64,000 nt of DNA, from the NCBI RefSeq assembly GCF_902713615.1, contig NC_052149.1:188266593-188330592 (forward strand). The letters are read 5' to 3'. This DNA is from Scyliorhinus canicula (lineage: Eukaryota). This document shows, piece after piece, positions 61,263-64,000 of this stretch. Position 1 is the stretch's first letter. Each line of letters begins with the position of its first letter. The notes below the pieces were generated by a model, which had not been told where the DNA came from, ran no database searches, and saw nothing but the letters and a program-made list of their open reading frames with translations. The position numbers were made by a program, and so were the translations under genes.

Positions 61263-62390
61263 AAAAATCAAAAAAAAAATGGGGGAATAAACGTTCTTTC
61301 TTTAACCATACTATGGATGGGGTTTTCCAGTCATGACTGCCAAAAGTTACCAAACTTTGGTTGCTGTCCAAATTTACCAGTCCCACCCGCACCAATTTCT
61401 GCCACAGAAGGCGCAGGAAACTCCCAGCCTAAATGTTTACCAAGTTCATTGAAATCTGTCCATTAGATTTTGTGATATAATTGTTTACAACGAACAGATT
61501 AACAGTGGGACAAACATAAATATCATAATGTTATAAGATTAAGCTAAAGAGGCCAACGTTTAAGTTAAATACAGTCATCATACTAATTCCCAGATCCTTA
61601 CTATGAAAATTGTAATTGTAAGAATACATTCATCAGAGTTAAAATACATCTTTTCACCTTTTTATTCAGTTTTTCAGATAAGAATGGAAGTTTGTTTGCA
61701 AATAGTTCAATGTTTAAATAAAACGCTATATTGATATGGTTTGACATAATTCCCATAGTGTTAAACTGCATCATACTTCTGATTACACATTTCCAATCAC
61801 CATCTCCATGGTAGCAACAAAATTCTGTTCATAGTACAATTGTACAAGGAATTGGGTGTTCAATGTCAATATGTACCATTATTCTTCTCATTCCAGGCCC
61901 AATTTTCCTATTTATTTTATTTTAATATTTTTTGCACAAATGATGCAGTTGTGAATGCTTCTATTGAATGCTTATTTCTTAGGTAAATATGCTACTTGCA
62001 GACATTTTGCCTTATCTCTCTCTCTGGTGACAAAAAATATTTACAGTGCTTTATTCAACACTGAATGATGTCAGCAAGATAAAGGCGGCCATATTCTGAG
62101 ACACTTCTTCCATTGGCTTTCCTGGCCGTGGACTTTTCATACTTTCCTTTGAAAAGGAAAACGTCACCATTGCAGAAACTGCAGACTCAGACTGAGGAAC
62201 GTACGATTGACCTACAGCTATTATTCTGTACTGTTCCGACAATTATTAGAACATAAGAACAATTAGACCACAAGAACTATAAGTAACAGCAAATCATATG
62301 CCCACTCAGCTCTACACATTATTCAAAAAGATCATGGTTGATATGACCTAGGACTCATCTCCACTTTCTTGTCTGTTGCCACTTACCCTT

Positions 62391-63913
62391 TGTTGCTCTG
62401 TTTTGGCCCCAACAGCATCGCCAATAATGTTGCTCTGTTTCGGTCCCAACAGCGTCGCCAATACTGTGGGTATTTCTATTTATCTTAGTGAATCACAAGC
62501 CTTTCCTTATATCGATCAAATGACCACACAACCAGTTAGTTAATTCAAAATATGGTTTATTTACATACACAAGAGTTATCTCAATATGCAAACACAATAT
62601 CTACTATGGGTTAAAGTACACCTACAGCTACAATAACCTATACTTAACTTCAGGGTAACCGGCATTGTGCAAATGGATAAGGCCTTTATTTGGATTTCAC
62701 TTGGCTGGTGCGAAGAAAGTGGCTCTGTCTCTGCTGGGCTCATCCGTCAGGTAGCAATCGTTGGTCTTGAACTTAGCTCGCTGTTTCTGCCACGATTGGG
62801 TTGGGGCAGGCCAGAGACAGAACACATGGCTGTGCTCTCTTTTATCCCTCTGGGATTTCGCGCTCTTAACCTTGGTCCTTCACCTTGGACCCAATAGTTC
62901 GACAGGGCTCTGATCACTCTCTTCGATTTCGGCCAATAAAGGGGCGGGTACCTTGGTGGATGGGCCTTAGCGGTCAATGACCTTGGCAGTTGTGCTTTCT
63001 GAGTAAGGGAGTGGCGCCGATCAGTCTGTGGCTGTACCAGTTGCTTGATTGGAGTTCTATTGTCCTGGGAAAATGGGCCATTAAAATGCAAACAAGCGTG
63101 GGTTTCAATCAGGTCTGGTTACCTGTGTTTTAGATACACATAGGCTGTGGCCGCGATTCTCTGCAACCACGATGGGTGGGAGAATAGCGGGAGGACCACT
63201 CCAGCACCTCCCGCTATTCTCCCACCCCCCCAAAATGGCATGTCCGGTTTTCCGACTCGCCGCTCGGAGAAACGCGGGCCACCGTTTTTCACGGCGGCCT
63301 GCGATTCTCCGACCCGGATGGGCCGAGCGGCCTGCCGTTCCCGAACTGTTCACGACGGCGGCAACCAAACCTGGTCGCTGCCTTCGTGAACATGGCGCCC
63401 CAGGTAAGTGCGGGGCCTAGGGGGGGCGGATCAGGGATCGAGCACCATGACCATGCTCGGGAGGGGACTGGCCTGTGATCGGTGCCCACCGATCACGGGC
63501 CGGCGTCTCAAGGGGACGCACTCTTTCCCCTCCACCGTCCTGTAAGATCAAGCCGCCACGTCTTGCGGGGCGGCTGAGGGGAAAGACGGCAACCACGCAT
63601 GCGTGGGTTTGAGCTGTCCAATCTGCGCATGCGCAGCTGACGTCATTAGGCACAGCCACGGCGTCATTCTTGGCGCGCCGAGCCTTGAAGCCAGGGACAA
63701 GGCCCGGCCGCCAAGTTTCCCGGTACGGCATCCTATCCCCCCGGGTAGGGGAGAAAAGGGGGCCGGGAGAGGCTTCAAACGCTGTTGTGAACCTCTCCAG
63801 GTTTCACGACGGCGCCTGGCCTTGCGGAGAATTCCGCCCTGTGTATCTGTCCGAGTCCTGGGTTGGCCATAATTCCCATGGTCCTTTGCAGGTGGCCATC
63901 TTAGATGGCTACA
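62391..63913 (-). mobile_element. Long solo LTR (possibly ERV-type) inserted in a minus-strand CR1 tail and interrupted by a MITE
   Basis: TG...CA ends; imperfect 4-bp TSD CCTT/CCGT; minus-strand AATAAA at ~62556; 37-bp tandem duplication at 62391-62463. Confidence 0.55.
63149..63839. mobile_element. Harbinger-type MITE
   Basis: Termini GGCCGCGATTCTC / GGAGAATTCCGCCC; TSD TGT at 63146-63148 and 63840-63842. Confidence 0.87.
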
Positions 63914-64000
63914 CCGTGATTCCCTTCAGTTCAGAAATCAATTAGTCTATCTCATCGCTGAAAATATTCAATGGATTAACCTCTGCCATCTCTTTGGAGT

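Noticed and set aside
62090-62150. Plus-strand peptide LRHFFHWLSWP resembling the tyrosine-phosphatase WPD-loop region
   Set aside because: The frame is short and bounded by stops, there is no WPD in frame, and no other phosphatase exons are visible.

Overview
Eukaryotic, repeat-dominated DNA, most likely from a cartilaginous fish (HE1-type tRNA SINEs, shark-type CR1, L1, Penelope and Harbinger repeats; the organism is inferred). I can identify no intact host gene. Contents: three Gypsy LTR retrotransposons of one lineage (near-full-length 7417-12059; internally deleted 12246-13876 and 50174-51398) plus related solo LTRs; an older degenerate Gypsy with a normal tRNA-type PBS (41596-46510); a two-gene Harbinger transposon (~21895-29336) interrupted by a solo LTR that itself holds a young Penelope element with a hammerhead ribozyme; many Harbinger-type MITEs; CR1, L1 and Rex1 fragments; SINEs; minisatellites; and possibly the decayed exons of a minus-strand host pseudogene. 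The most interesting signal: the three related Gypsy elements have no tRNA primer-binding site. Each instead has a different 13-16 nt sequence just after the 5' LTR that is perfectly complementary to its own LTR segment ending in the poly(A) hexamer. They also share hairpins at the U5/leader junction and over the PPT, and G/C-patterned target sites; the one element retaining RT has a YLDN motif. This points to tRNA-independent self-priming and/or poly(A)-signal occlusion. All coordinates were read by eye; eroded element ends are approximate.
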